Part shown: positions 1 to 14,579 of the stretch, piece after piece
Layout: each line of letters begins with the position of its first letter
How positions within the stretch are numbered: position 1 is the first letter of the stretch
Source: Diadema antillarum
Lineage: Eukaryota
Length of the DNA stretch: 64,000 nt
Direction of reading: 5' to 3'
Assembly: GCF_040938485.1 (NCBI RefSeq)
Contig: NW_027270964.1
Span: forward strand, 5,022,001 to 5,086,000
The notes under the pieces: generated by a model
Told to the model about the DNA's origin: nothing
The model's input: the letters and a program-made list of their open reading frames with translations, nothing else
Databases searched by the model: none
Made by a program: the position numbers and the translations under genes

Positions 1-1435
1 CTGCGTGGGACACTGTCTTCTTTCCGCTAGGGGTGTGACGTGATCACTGTCAGTCACACCGCTTGTAAACATTTGTCAATTATCATCATGTCAAACAGCT
101 GTCAAACGCTGTTCTCAAAAGATTTCTTAGTCATACATCTTTCTGCAGTGTGGAATATTATAGCCTTTCATTTTCTTGCATTTATCACGTTTATTCTGTT
201 GCATTTCAGAATTATGATCTAGCCTATCAGTGGGAATTTTATAAGATATTTTACTTTTATGGTATCCCTCCCCTCTCCTACTGTGATTGTTACGAGACTT
301 GATTCAGATTACGTCCATTAAATGAAACTGGAAACTGTCGAAATATGCCGAATATCTTACACTGTAATACAGACAGGAAATGTGCACGAATCACCCCAAG
401 TTGGCAAACGCTAGAGCAGCCATTTGGTAACAACGACCCGTTTTTTTTTTTTTTTTTAAATGACAATTATCAACTTCCTGTACTCTGGAGCATTATATAA
501 CAAACTTGGAATGCTGTCCAGAAATATTCAAAAATACAGTGTCAATTATGTATGTAGATAATGTGTAAGAATTAATCACTTGCTGAAACATATCTGCATC
601 AGCTACTGTATCAGTTATGGAAATAAGATAAGGATTAAGCATCTACCAAGATTTCAGCTGTCACCACCCCCCCCCCCCCCCATGTCTGTTGTATTTTGTT
701 TTGCATCATCCATTTAACTCTGTTTATACCTGTATTATGATGATTATTTGAATAATTACATAGGCCTACACGCAAAAGATGGCGATCATTTCTCTGCGAA
801 ACAATTCGCAAAACGTTGTGACGATCATAGATTTGATCAGATACTATACGGCACAGAACTTTGCGTGTGACGGTTTATCACCTTGAGCCATCTCTCTGCA
901 GCCAAATCGAGTTTCTCTCTTCTCTCTATTTAGAGTTTAACTCGCGTCTGTCAGACATCCTTAAATAATCGACTTATCACCGAAAGTGATCTGAAAATAA
1001 CGTCTTAAAATAGCACTTTGTCTTTCTGGCTATATTCTAAACTACACGGAAGAGTGTACAGTGGACAATGATATTGCCAAACAAACCGACAACTCGCCCC
1101 TTCCCTGAAAGAGAACAAGAGGAAATACTTCAGCAGAGTTTTTGAAATCTTAGATTCGGCACACCCTTCCCATTTTTTTTCTTCTTCTTGTCAGGAAACT
1201 TTGGCTGTACTTTACTTGACTTTAAGAGCAGTGTCACAAATCATGCACATTTCACAAGAAATGTAATCCTAGCATATGGCAATTGTGAAACGTAACATAT
1301 TCCATTACCAAAAAAGAACCCAAAACAAACAACAAAACAAACAAAAACCGAAAGTATTCTTGTGACATTCTTCACAGCAATCCATGTTGTATTAAAAAAA
1401 AAAGAAAAATAGGAAAGAAAAAAATGCTTCCCGTC

Positions 1436-1438
<3 letters not shown>

Positions 1439-1478
<40 letters not shown>

Positions 1479-1495
1479 ACGTTTATGTGTGTGTG
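1439..1495. repeat. (GT)n microsatellite
   Basis: Direct reading. Confidence 0.95.
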
Positions 1496-4422
1496 ACGAC
1501 GTGTACGAAATATCGGAGTCATCACCATATCTAAAGTCTGTGTGAATTGCACAGTGAATGTCAGATGTTGCGATTCCCTAGAAACAGAATACTAGTAAAG
1601 CGCGCCATATTTTCTTTTATAAAACATTATCAGTAATAACGCCCCACATGTAGTATAGCTTGCAGTTTAATGAACTGTGTATTTTGTTTTGTATTCGCTA
1701 CAGTTAGCAGTATATATGACGTCCCTTGGCACTTTCTTTCTCCATAATCCATTCGATCTTCTAGTTTATCTTTGTTTTCTTTGTACTCTCTTTCTTTGTA
1801 CTTTTTTCTCTATTTGTAATGTTGTAATATATTCATTGCACATCTTTGTTGCATGACGAAGTGCACCTGGCCATAGTAAGTATAGTCACACTCGCTCGAT
1901 GTAGCCGCAAATCTTTTTACTACGTTATAACAGAAATGTACTTACCTTATCGACACTTTTTGACACATATACTAGTAGAAAAACTAGTGGACCTTAAAGA
2001 AAGGGATAAAAGAAAAAAACATAATGATGGCAATGTTGTGGTGAACACGTGTTTACTAAATTGCTCTCGAAATGTCCTATTAAATTGCAGAATATCAATG
2101 TTCTATAAAATCTCTAGAAAACACGAGGACGGGGCTGTCTGAATCTTCTACGTATTCCTGGTCAGAATGGTTCGTTTCATTCATCGCTTCCCGTTTACTT
2201 TCCTTCTCCCCTTTCCACCCGTTTCCCTCACAATTTCCGGGCGATCAAGTTTGCTTTCAAAATTTGCCCCCAAAAATCACCGTGTGACTGTGACGTGGCC
2301 TCACACGATTAGGGATATTTTTTTATTTGAAGAGAAAGGAGTGAATATGGCTAATAATCCACTTTTGTCACTGGTCCAAAATGCCTCGACGCAGCCCCAT
2401 GCTGCAATTAGCAAGTGTGCTTCTTAACTGTGCTAAAACGGGCAGTCTGTGAACGTCGATTACATATTCGCTTGACTGAACACTGGTTCATATTAATCAG
2501 ATTATTACTTTGCTAAAGTTAGACGTATTATAGGGTGTATACTTTCATAAAGTTTGACACAGCGTTCTATATACTTCCCTGATGGCATTGTCTCGGTCAG
2601 ATAAATCTATCATAATCCAATGTGTGAATTTGTGCTATATTTCTCACAAAACTTACACCAAGATAGCACAGTAATATTATCATGATTGACCTTTAGGGAA
2701 AAAGAGGACAAGTTCGATTTATTTCATGTCGACACTCGCGGTTAATTCTGATATTTACTGTGTAGGGCAATCAAAGGTACAGCAACTAGGCGCCTATATA
2801 TTTTCTCACTGAGATTCGAATTGGTTTCACGTCGTTTCCAAGAAAGGTTTGAAAATATGTTACAATGCTTCAGTAGACACATCGTATACTAGGTACTTGT
2901 GAGACGAGTTTGCTCTCATGAAGAAATATCACTATAATCGTGAAATGTTGCAGTAATGTTTTCAGGCTCTACATGTGTCTTTAGATAATAAAACTTCATA
3001 ATTGTGTATGCTTACATTTCGTCGATATGACCTATTTTAGAATTATCACTCGAAAACAGTTCTTAACGAGTTGGTATTAAAGTGACCGATCTAACACTGT
3101 TTCAATCGCAACAGTTATGATCACTTTTTACTCAAGTCTAGGCAAGTTGTGTAAAAGCAAACAAACAAACAACAACAACAAATAAGCCAAACCAACAAAC
3201 AGATAGACCATGTATAGACCAAAACAAATTCTATATACACAATTGAACTTTCAGGGAAATATATGACTGGGATGTATGCACACGTATTGGTTAGCAAATT
3301 ACATTGTTTATCAGCAAATTATATTGTTTACAAACCAGGAGCATCCGTTTATCAAATATTTCTGTTTGCTGAATCGTTTAACAACCTGCGTGGAAATAAA
3401 GGATTATTCACAAACGAACCCCCGATGACTCACACTTGGACTTCACAGTGGTCAGAAAGTGACCACTGACCGACGACAGGTTCTGTGACGACATTTGACC
3501 ACAGACACTTGACCTGTCAAAATTTAATAAGAAGGCGCACTTGACCACACTCGTCGCAATGCGTCATGAGGGTAACGTTACACGTTGAAACCCATTTCTA
3601 GATTTGTCTCACATGATGAAGAAATCGGTGATTTCCCGTCGGATTAAAGGCGTTCGACTTGACAGTTAGGAAAGGACCACAGGGAGTGAGTGCAACGCGA
3701 ATTTTCTCCCATGACCCTCGCATGCAGTATGTATCAATGCTGTATGTATGTGTAAATAGTGTGTGTGTGTTTGTGCGTTTGTGTACGCATAAGAAGATTC
3801 ATTCAAGTTACTAAGATACATAGAATATGCAAACTCTTCAAACACACAATGTCAAAAAATGAATAATAATGATTTAAGTGCAAGAATATGTGTTACTAGT
3901 ATTTCACGACCTTTGTCCGTAACAGACACACACATACACGTACATGAACGTACACACACACAAATACACACGCAAACAGACATAAATGTGTCTCGTGTAC
4001 TTTAGCACCGTCACCCATGACGGCGCCTCGTCTTTCCTATCGGCTTACGAACCTGTTGCACCTAGCTGACGATGAGGACGCCCTTCTGAGAAAGGTCATT
4101 TTTTTTTTGGTTGCCATAGTCACCAGGCGTTTGAAGAGTAAGATATGTAAATTTTTAAGGAGGTATTAGATTAGTTTTATTATGATGTGNNNNNNNNNNN
4201 NNNNNNNNNNNNNNNNNNNNNNNNNNNNNNNNNNNNNNNNNNNNNNNNNNNNNNNNNNNNNNNNNNNNNNNNNNNNNNNNNNNNNNNNNNNNNNNNNNNN
4301 NNNNNNNNNNNNNNNNNNNNNNNNNNNNNNNNNNNNNNNNNNNNNNNNACTTCCTACTCTGTGAACTCCACAATCTCTCTCGTCTTCAAAATATGGGAGC
4401 TAGCCAGACAGCTGACATATTT

Positions 4423-4577
4423 GGACACCGTTTCAGTTGTCAGTCTCTGACAGTTTCAGTAAAATCCTTGGTTTTGATTGCCTGAGAAGCTCTGGTCACT
4501 AACTGTTACTATGGCGATTGTCAGAGACTGACACTAAAGGCCTGTCAGGGCTGACAACCTTCATGAAACGGTGTCCA
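4423..4577. mobile_element. Palindromic MITE, degenerate member of the CWG-TSD group
   Basis: TIR GGACACCGTTTCA/TGAAACGGTGTCC, internal inverted GTCAGTCTCTGACA arms, AAATCCTTGG..TGATTG core; TSD not cleanly matched. Confidence 0.65.
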
Positions 4578-4938
4578 GGTACTCTTCAGTCATAATGATA
4601 TAGTGGTACGATGCCCACGGGTCTCGTCGGGTCATAGTAACAAGACTGGTAGGATGGTTACTGGACACAGTTCTGTGATACTTCATGTATTACATTCAGA
4701 CGAGTAACCTTTAAAGTTGCGTTCCGGGCATTACATGGAAATCAGGTTTGTGCCCTGTAGACAATCATCCTGGGTAAAGTGGCAGCCGCATTACTGTTTG
4801 TGTTGGATACAATAATATAATCACTAAGACGCTTTCTTTCAAGACGCATAGTTCTTATCCTCCCCACTTATGGGAAGGGATGCTGGTGTGGATTTTGATC
4901 ATCTTAAGGCACGGGATGTGTGGTTTTGACGTATCAAT

Positions 4939-5250
4939 CATGGTCGGCGCAGCCGTGGGGGCTCAGGTCCCCACACTTTTTGTGCACCATACAAAGGAAT
5001 ACATAAGGTGTCATCACTTTGGGCCCCACTCTTTTTTCAACCCGGAAGTACGTAAGTGGCACTAAATTAGAAATCTTGAAGTATGACGGCGGTAAGGTTA
5101 TGTTTTTTCTCTTAAGACCTTTTTTTTTTTTTTATACACCCGAAATGGGAGGGGAGAGAATGAGTTCAGGACCTTTTTTTTTTTTTTGCTTGTCAGCTGA
5201 AGAAACCAGGAAGTGGGCCCCACACTTTTGAAAACGCTGCGCCGGCCCTG
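4939..5250. mobile_element. Non-autonomous DNA transposon (hAT-like termini)
   Basis: Imperfect TIR CATGGTCGGCGCAGC / GCTGCGCCGGCCCTG, internal repeated GGGCCCCAC(A)CTTTT, TCAAT on both flanks. Confidence 0.6.
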
Positions 5251-5613
5251 TCAATAGCCTCTAGTAGACACCAGTATCCTCTCAGATCATTCCACAATTT
5301 ACTTCTATACGTCCTTTTTGTGGGTCGTGTATTATTGATGGAAGTACTCCCAGATTCATTAGTAAATCACGGGACCCGGTCGTTTCAATACTTTTAATGA
5401 TATGTTTGTTTTGTTTCCTTATTGCGTATGTGCTTTTCAATTGCCAAAACGCAATGAAAAAGTAAATCGGAAACCTATCGAAAGGACTTAATTGCTAAGT
5501 GCCCTGTGGTCTGTGTCCACAACCGAAATGTTAAAGCATTCTAGTGATACCATAAAGCCATTCTAGCATCATAAAATTATTTTCAATGAAGAGTGGATGG
5601 AGGTTTGTTTGTT

Positions 5614-5646
<33 letters not shown>

Positions 5647-6019
5647 TTCTATTGTCTTCCTAACTTGCTTTTTTTCCCTCATCAATTTTCTCATCTTCCT
5701 TCCATTTTAAGAAAACTCCTTTTAATACGAAAACAGAAATAATCTACTAATAGATGTTTTTATGTATAAACACATGACCCTGAGAACGTCTGTGGCCTAA
5801 GGCTAGATAGCGCCTACCCGTAAGTAAAAGCTCGACCTCCATATTCGGAAGCAGCATGTTGATTGACCTACTTAGCTTGGTGATTAGGGACGGATGTCAT
5901 GTCTTAAACCTTAACGAAATGACTCTGCTATGAGCATTAACTCGCCCCCTGTCTCCCTCGGTGCAAGTTCATTACGATCGGGTGGTGCTGCTTTCGTATG
6001 GCGCTTGGCAGCTTAACAA

Positions 6020-6280
6020 TTGACTGGCGCTAATAATCTGGATCTTGCAAAGGATGATGGGATTGTAAACGATTTAGAGGTATACTTTGATGACACATCC
6101 GTATTTCCAGAAACCACTGCAAGCTTAATACAGAGCTTTATAGGTAAATACAAGTACAAACATCGGAATATTGAAAAACAAATGTTTTTGGTGTTGAGAG
6201 TGTTGAGCAGATGGAAGCAAAAAAAGCCAACGCCCTGTACCTGGGGAAGCAAATTCAGTATAAAACGTAATGCAAACTAG
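6020..6280 (+). mobile_element. Possible decayed CR1/L2-like LINE ORF2 C-terminal fragment
   Basis: IVNDLEVYFDDTSVF resembles the post-RT VKDLGVxFDxxLxF motif; VLSR and TWGS follow in the expected order. Confidence 0.35.
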
Positions 6281-6879
6281 TATCAACTTTATCGGTTCGC
6301 GGATGATTACTGCACTAATAGTGATAGCTTCCATGGTAATCTGTGTGTTGACTAGCCTTCTTACAAAACCTCATAGTTAAACTTTAAGTCTAACATTTCG
6401 GTGCTCATACGGCTTAAACAAGACTAATCGTGTGGCACTGAAAATGAACGCGCTGTATCATTGAGGTGGAACTTTTACTTTTGAAACAATTCCTTTTATC
6501 TCAGAATAAAAATGAATACCACTCTGAACATGAAAGATACTTTTACGTTTCAGGTTTGATGCGTTTCAATCTTGATTAGATACCACAAGATTCTAGAAGG
6601 CAGTTTGTTTCAAACACAAACCAAATTAGAATCAGTGACTCACGATACATACTCCTTTATCAGACGAGACGCGCAATAACTCAGCTTTGCATTATAGTAT
6701 CTAGATAATCTAGAGCTGGATCGAAACTATCGTGAGGGTGGTCGCATTTTTAAGTATCTCCTACTTCCTGTGTTTATATCCTCCATTAGCTGGCCAATTA
6801 TGGTCTTCTAACAACAATCGGAAGAAATCTCTGTGTATTTATAGTCCTTAATTGGGACGCAAGTTTCCAGAGCCAATTA

Positions 6880-7070
6880 CGCACACACACACACACACAC
6901 ACTCACACACACACACTCACACACACACACACACAACGCAACACAATACAACGCAAGAGACCTCCATACTGTATAATAGGCCTAGAATGATTACATTATT
7001 ATCATTATTATTATATAATCATTATCATTATTATTATCATCATTATTAGTATTAGTATTATTGTTATCAT
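6880..7070. repeat. (CA)n then (ATT/ATC)n low complexity abutting an assembly gap
   Basis: Direct reading. Confidence 0.9.
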
Positions 7071-9239
7071 NNNNNNNNNNNNNNNNNNNNNNNNNNNNNN
7101 NNNNNNNNNNNNNNNNNNNNNNNNNNNNNNNNNNNNNNNNNNNNNNNNNNNNNNNNNNNNNNNNNNNNNNNNNNNNNNNNNNNNNNNNNNNNNNNNNNNN
7201 NNNNNNNNNNNNNNNNNNNNNNNNNNNNNNNNNNNNNNNNNNNTGTACAGCACGCTCCTTTGTCATGAAACTTATGGCAAATAATTTTACTTGAAGACAG
7301 ACGACAAATGCAATGCTCCCATACCATTCACACTTCCTCAAATTGCTCATGATTTATCACTTGATATTTTCTGACCAAATTAATATCCCTCAAGTTGAGT
7401 TGTCAGACGTGAGGTGTTTTTAGGGGCATGTCCGGACAGGGGCTTTTATTTGCCACAGACCTCGGGGGTGTTTAATGGCAGCGTAGTTCTTTTGGTTCTC
7501 TTTGTTTTATTTTCTCTTTTTCTTTCCCCTCACACTATTTTCGCCATATTATTTGCGCAGTATCTAATTTTTACCACATGCGAAGGCGGAATGGCTTCAA
7601 AGGAGCATTTCCGTACTGAGCTGATTGTGAAAAAAAAAAGATAACAACACGGAGAGACAATGCCATATGTAGACCTATTTTCTCTCTTGAAAGTGGAATT
7701 TGTGTTATGATAGCAGTGGTCAGCAGTTATTTCAGACAGTTTTTAATGCTGAGTTTTTAGGAGGACGTGTACTTCTCTTTTTTTCTCTTAATTTTCGTTC
7801 TCCGACAAAGTAATAAAAAGTTGAATTTATTCTATTCATTGAGGAGAATGTTGCTTCTGTGTTACTCTATATAGATATAGAAGAAGATTGTTGGATATGG
7901 CAATAATTATGCCATTTCATTTTGCGACCTGTTTCTGTGATGTAATTTCCGTAGATTTTGTCGATTTTGTCTCTAGTCGAATCCTTCAAAATCTGAATTG
8001 TTGATCATTGTTGGTGAATGATCAAGATGCAGAGTCCCCCCCCCCCCCTCAATCAAAACATTTTTAGGCCTACACACATGCAGCAAAGCATTACACAGCG
8101 CGTATATTTCAGATTTATGCATGTTTTGGGTATTATACGTGCATACATCCCAATGAAAAATGCATGGAATATGATATGAACGTGTTCACCAGGTGGTCAA
8201 GAACATTAATTTCACATAGTGTTTTAGTTGAAATGTTAATGGTTTGGTCAGGTTTCCTATCTCCATACGATGAGAAACACGTAATAAATGATTTGCGTGT
8301 AATTGTATGAATGCCGATGTGAGACTTGTTTTACACTACATTGATAAACACATCTTCGTTTCTTCAGTTTTGGTTTCCAAGCTCGTTGTTTCTGCAGGAA
8401 AATGTCAAAGGCATGCAAATTATGTGTATTATTCTCTTGTAAGCGACTCCTGTCTTATCGTCCGCAATGGCCTAACAGTCAGTAAAGACAGGATTCGAGA
8501 ATGCAGCAACGTTTGATGGCTTATCATTTGCAAACGTTCAATATTCATATCTTAATGGCGTCCAAACAGCAACATATCACAAACAGAAAACAGAAAATTG
8601 ATAAGCCTCTCAAAGAGCAGCACATATTCAGTCTAAGCGGTGTTTGATACACACACAAAGTGTGTCTGTCATGTATGTCACCCTCGGAGAAGGTCTCTGA
8701 TAATGAACCAAATTGATATGTTCCTCCGTCGGAAAGGGGTAGGATGGGGTGGAGGGGAGGTGAGCTGGCCTAATCAAACATCCAGATCAAAATGCCTTGG
8801 TCCCCCTGGAAAAAAAATATACACATCATGGCGTTGCAAGTGTGCAGGCTGACCAGAAAGTGGAAAATCATTTGTTTCCATGAACTTACAGGGTATTTAT
8901 TTCTTCCTGAATATACTTTTTGCCTTTCTTTGACAATTCGTGGCTGTCTTCTTACCTTCATGGCATATCACGTGGTCACTCCATTTCTACCATCACTGCC
9001 ACTGGACGGGCAAAGCTATTTCTTCGAATGATGATTTGGATTTCCAGTTCAGATATTTCGTAATGTAAGTCAACCTTCATAAGCTGATTGACATTCAAAG
9101 AGACTGTAAGAGACTTCAAAAGGACTAAAGTTCTGATACTATAGCGACACACTTCTCGAATGTCATGACAATGTTTTGCTACATGCATGTGTGTACAAGA
9201 AGACTAAAACCTTCCCGTGAAACGATGTATTATTAGCGA

Positions 9240-9480
9240 AATGATGGAAGAGTGCGAAAGCTCACACTTTCAGCATGTCTTCGCTAAAAGCACGAGCAAT
9301 AAAAAAAGTGTCAATTCGACTGATTTTTGTTGTTACCATCGTGTATCTCTCCCAGCATCGGTAGGTTATAAAGAAGGAAACAAGGTTAATGTCTTCATTC
9401 TTAATACCCCGTTAGACCACAACTGCACACGGACCTGCTGGAGATGACGAATTAAAATTCAGTATAACAAGTGGTGTAAC
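9240..9480 (-). mobile_element. Decayed LINE apurinic-endonuclease-domain remnant (L1/Tx1-like)
   Basis: Minus frame reads PLVILNFN...*...TYRCWERYTMVTTKISRIDTFFI, matching the APE motifs (G)DFN, WR, YT and SRIDxF in order, with stops. Confidence 0.45.
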
Positions 9481-10889
9481 TCTGGATATTCTATAGCAAA
9501 GGCCGCATTATATAGCGTCCTACGTCTTATGGGCACCTGAAGGTTGATGCTTGACACGCCCGGTAGATACGTCTGGTGATAGACCACGGATAACAAATGA
9601 ATGAATATAACAACACAAAACGGAATACCCGGAGATAGATGCCGCTGTCTACTTTTCCATGATCCACGTGATCGTTTGAGAGAAGAAACTTTTATGTTAG
9701 GTTTACCAGCTCCAGTAATGTATTACTGATATGTTCGGAAGCGTAATACTGCAGCTATAGTCAGGAGTAATCTGAAACGCAATGACCCATCATCGTGTTG
9801 TTAAAGAGCAACACGCGAAAGTTGAAAGGTGTAAAGTGTTTTATCTAAGTCTGAAAGTGAAATTGAAATCAGCATATGATAGAGATTAATCTTTTAGTTC
9901 ATCAGCAAATTGTCCACAGAAGGATTTGCAATTTATTACACCTCTTATGAATCTGTACTGTCTTTAATAACTTCTTGTGACAAGATATAACGAGGACAGA
10001 TGCGATACAGGTAATCCTATCATGCCTATAGTAGGACCATAGCGAAACTTGATAACAGAAACTGATTAATCACTTTTTTTATGTCGACTCAAAGGGAGGG
10101 CAACATGGAACAACCAAACGACTGCAGAACTCGGATGGTCTCCTTTACTTACAATTTTCTCTAAGTGCTGCACTGAGCTTTTTGCATTACAGTGTACTAG
10201 TATATAGCTTTATCTACAGTATACCCGGGAACGCTTCTCTTGCAATTAGATTGTGTTCGAATAGCCATTTCTATTCAATTGCATCTTCTGACATTCTATA
10301 TCTGTAGCGTACATACGTTTGTTTCTATTTTATTTGTGGCGGACTTACCTTCAAGCTCAGTTTCACTTTTTGTTATTTTTTTTTCTTGTTTAGAGTATTT
10401 CATTTATACATTTCTGGGTAGTTTTTGCATCATTCAAAGCATGTTTAAATTTGACATCATAATAATCATATTTTCAACTTTATTTCTAAACTGTTTATAA
10501 ATTTTCCTTGTATTATCCGTTAGGCTTCTCAAATATATCTTTAACAAAACATATTTTCATATAAACTTTCCATGCAAAGTTGATTGCAATAACAACGCGA
10601 TGGTGTTAATTTAACGCGATATATTTTGATGAATGTGCCCCAAATCATTTAAGAGCAAGTGGCTTTTCCTCACTCATAACAATGTCTATAGAAAAACACA
10701 TCCAATCTTAGTTTTCTTCTTTCTTTTGCTATCTTTCTTTTGCTATCTGCTGGATGAGAAGACTACAGTGTATGATGTCACATGCGTAGAATGAAAATAG
10801 AGTTTCACAAAACTTAATTTTTTGAAGAAAAGAAAATGCATATTTCCTCGACTTGTCACTGATGTATGTTAAGGGTAATACTATTCCCC

Positions 10890-11178
10890 CAGAAGCGGAT
10901 CTAGAGGGGGGTTGGGGGTTGCACCCCCCCCCCCCCCCCGAAAAAAAAATCCGGGGACCATTTTTTTTTTATCTTATTCTTTTTTTAAACTTGTAATTTT
11001 ATTTTTTTCTATTTATGTATTGCACATGGCAATGACCTCTATACCAAAAATAGTGGTGTTTTAGATGCAAGAAAACGCCATTTTCACACGCAGATTTTCA
11101 AAAATTCTCCCTACTGTGGGAGGGGGGACACCCCCCTCCCACACCCTCCCCCTTTATAAAAATCTAGATCCGCCCCTG
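10890..11178. mobile_element. MITE with hAT-like termini
   Basis: TIR CAGAAGCGGATCTAGA / TCTAGATCCGCCCCTG; G- and C-run-rich interior; no clean 8-bp TSD seen. Confidence 0.7.
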
Positions 11179-11988
11179 TCTCCCTGCCTTCTGAAAGAGG
11201 CAAGTCAAATGTTCTTTTATTATGAGAGAAAAGTGAAAATATGTTGTATTAAATTTTTCTTTATTATTTTCTTTATACCGTTCTACACATGTTACATGAC
11301 AAGTCGCAGTAGTCTTTGCATGCAGAAGCGACTGAGCAAAAACTTCAAAAATATATAACTTTTGAACGGATTGTCCGATTTCCCTCAAACTCTCACTGAT
11401 GCGTTCTGCTAATATTTCTGCATTCACTCAATCCACATGTCTATGAAGGTGAACTTGTCCTTCGAATCTCTCTTCGATGCGACCTTATCGAATTGTTCTT
11501 GATAGGAACCAAGACATGATAAGAGGTATATTCGTATGCTGTATATATATCGCTTCGGGCATCATACCATGATAGCGATTGTTATATTCCACAAACTAAG
11601 AATATTGCAATATGATTGGTCCAGAGCTGATCACGTGATGAAGCGTAGTTTTGCCCATCACATCACCTCAGAAGAAAAGTTCGTTACACTCTATGTTGAT
11701 AGTCCCGTTTGTTTCGCTGATCTCCAGACAGTCCACACAGTCCTAACGCAAGATGAGTACGCGCGAAATAAAAGTGCATTGCACTGTGGACTATCATCAC
11801 CTAGGTCACTTGATAGTACACAGTGCAACGCACTTTCACTTCGGTGCCGCGCGGTGCGCGCAGCAAATTCATTGTTTTGTCATCTACGCGCACACGCAGC
11901 CTAAGCCCTAAGGATACCTAAAAACAGCTAAAACGGTTTCAGATGTGGAATAAAATGGGAATTTTTAGGACCCTAGATGTAGAATATA

Positions 11989-12160
11989 AAGCAAATAATC
12001 AACTTTTAGTTTCAGGCAATGATACAAACTATCACTTCCTCGGCGATCTGAATGTGTACGCTGTCTTTCCTCAGCTGCGCTTCGGAAAGATAGCTACATC
12101 CAGATCGCCTCGGAAGTGATAGTTTGTCCCATCACCTTCACCAACGTCGATTATTTGCTT
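11989..12160. mobile_element. Palindromic MITE (about 170 bp)
   Basis: AAGCAAATAATC / GATTATTTGCTT ends; inverted arms ACAAACTATCACTTCC / GGAAGTGATAGTTTGT and GGCGATCTG / CAGATCGCC. Confidence 0.8.
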
Positions 12161-12280
12161 ACTATCATCATTGTTAGTTTTACACTTAAGGAGGACAGAA
12201 AATATTTCCACTCAGAAACATTCATTATGTGTGCCCAGAGCCTACGTTATGCTTTCTTCTAAAATACCCTAAATCACGAT

Positions 12281-12353
12281 ATGCCCAAGTTCCCAATGTT
12301 TAACGTTATCCTCGTGGTACTTGTCGTATCCCACCTGAGGATCTCGTTGACAG
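12281..12353 (+). CDS. Candidate signal-peptide exon (MPKFPMFNVILVVLVVSHLRISLT-), parent gene uncertain
   Basis: ATG follows an upstream in-frame stop, then a hydrophobic core and a phase-1 ACAG|GTGCTG donor compatible with exon 37689; no transcript evidence. Confidence 0.25.
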
Positions 12354-12883
12354 GTGCTGATGGGGCACGTCGGGTGTGCTCCTCCAACAGGAAAAGCACG
12401 CTGAGGTGTCGAGGGAGGGACTAGTATTGATCTTAACCATGAATCACCCACAAATGTCGACTCACATCAACGTAGACATGAGCATCCAATGTAACATTTC
12501 TAACACAGCTACATCTCTAGAAGATAGCACATTCGATTTGGTTCACAAGAATTAGGTGTGACAACATATCAAAGAAAAATTATTCAGGTCTGTAAAAACT
12601 GAATGAGTGACGTTCTTTGCTCATTGCATTTGTAACCACGCGGATTTCAGATACTAAGTATGCTGTTTTAGTTTGATTTCTCTAAGCAAAATGTTTCATG
12701 AATGAACAACTATCAGGGATTGATTATTCAATATCAACATCAACTGTTATGAAAATCAATAAAGACACCAATTAAAAAAAGATAGAAAAAACATTGATTA
12801 AAAAGAACAGACTTAGAACAAAATGCGTTAAGTGTTAATGCCAAACCCTCCGCTTAACGTATGTAATGTGTTTTCCATTATAA

Positions 12884-12886
<3 letters not shown>

Positions 12887-12927
<41 letters not shown>

Positions 12928-12990
12928 TACATATAATATACATATATACATATATCACATACAGACAGATAGAGAGATAGAGAGGGAAAT
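12887..12990. repeat. (AT)n/(AC)/(AG) compound microsatellite
   Basis: Direct reading. Confidence 0.9.
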
Positions 12991-14027
12991 ATGTAGACAT
13001 ACAAACGAAGAAAAAGGACTTAAAATTCTAAATATATTAGTCTGCCTTGAGATGGCTCATGTCACTTCGATATTTCACATATTTCCTGCATTGAATGAAA
13101 ATAATTTTGGGAATTCTGAGTGTGAAGTCGCAGGAGTAAAGGGAACCAGAGATAGAGAGAAAGGGGAGAGATATGGAAATGCGTATTTAAAGGGTGAATT
13201 TCACTTTAAATGTCAGCATGTATCTCATCCAAAGCAATTCACGAGCATGCCTCGACGGTTGTGCTGTTGAATGCGAGAGTACCCCGGTGGTTAGGCCTAC
13301 ACTCCAGATCCATTGCCACCTGTCGAACTCGTGAAGTTAAAGTATTTTTTTCCTTTTTTAGTCCTATCTCGAATCCCTATCACTGATGGGATCGGAACAA
13401 ACTTAATGCCAAGGTCTAAAGCCAGAAGGACTCTCATTTCAGCGTCGGCCATTCTCGACAAATAATCATCGCAATACATGTCGACTTAACCACAGCTACT
13501 GACACGTACGTTAAGTATTGGACATGATCCAATGTGTGGGACCCCATCATTTTCACGCGTTTACTTCGTTTGTGCATTCGCCGAGCCATTTCCGTTCCTA
13601 ACCTGGAAAGTTTTGACACAAACAGACCATGAAGCGACTGTCATTACTCTGTGTTTTGTTTTAATCTTGGGTTTGTTTGTTTTTAGAGTGTGGACAATCC
13701 CATACAAGAAATCACGTACTATATTCTTGTATCGCTCAGTTCGCATTTGCAATCGCTAATGACATTGTCGAGTACAGCATTAAGCGAGGATTCATATACA
13801 AAGCCCTGCGATGCAGTTGTATTTCGCAAAAGGAGTGAAGTATTTCATCGCCTCATTCAAACTCAATCAGAATCAATCCGTAGCCGAGCCAGCATTTGAC
13901 ACCAAAACTTCGCATTTTACTGTAGAACATTTGGTTTGTGAACTATATACACAAAGGCCTACAGTGTTCTATATTATATCCATCTTTCAGCGAAGCATTA
14001 TTTAGTAGCGTCTGGCATGATCTGGGC

Positions 14028-14169
14028 CCCATTTCATAAAACTTGTTATCAGTGACAAGTTGTTGTAGTTGTTACAAGCTACCGAAATCCTTGCATCTGA
14101 CTGGCTGAGAGCAACTTTGTCACAGAAATGTGGCAGTTGTCACTGATAACAAGTTTTATGAAACGGGGC
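14028..14169. mobile_element. PIF/Harbinger-type palindromic MITE, TSD CTG
   Basis: About 35-bp TIR GGCCCCATTTCATAAAACTTGTTATCAGTGACAA, CTG directly flanking both ends. Confidence 0.85.
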
Positions 14170-14579
14170 CCTGATCAGATATCATTCTTATGCGGTTGAG
14201 AACTATACTAGTTATCACAACAACAAAAACAACAGACCAAACAATAAAAACATAATTATGCTATAAATCAATGTATTCATTGCGTACCAAGAACAACAAT
14301 GCTCATGTTAGTCATACTGCCATACTGCTTATGTTCCGTCATTGATACGCACTTTACTCTTGATGACAGCTCTACTTCGGTAATCTTGTATCAATGCTAA
14401 CGGTGATCGGCAGTATCATGAAAGCCTTAAGAAGTTAGATATGATAACAATGATTATCATCATTATAGTTTCCCGTCTCTATTGCCTATTCAAATATCAA
14501 TAATACTGATTACAGTATATCATGAATTCCGTCGTAATCATAGATTTTACAATAGGTCCTGCTGCTTTCTTCAATATCT

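Noticed and set aside
4155-4450. ORFs containing X runs (also 6991-7350, 27050-27649)
   Set aside because: Artifacts of translating through N gaps.
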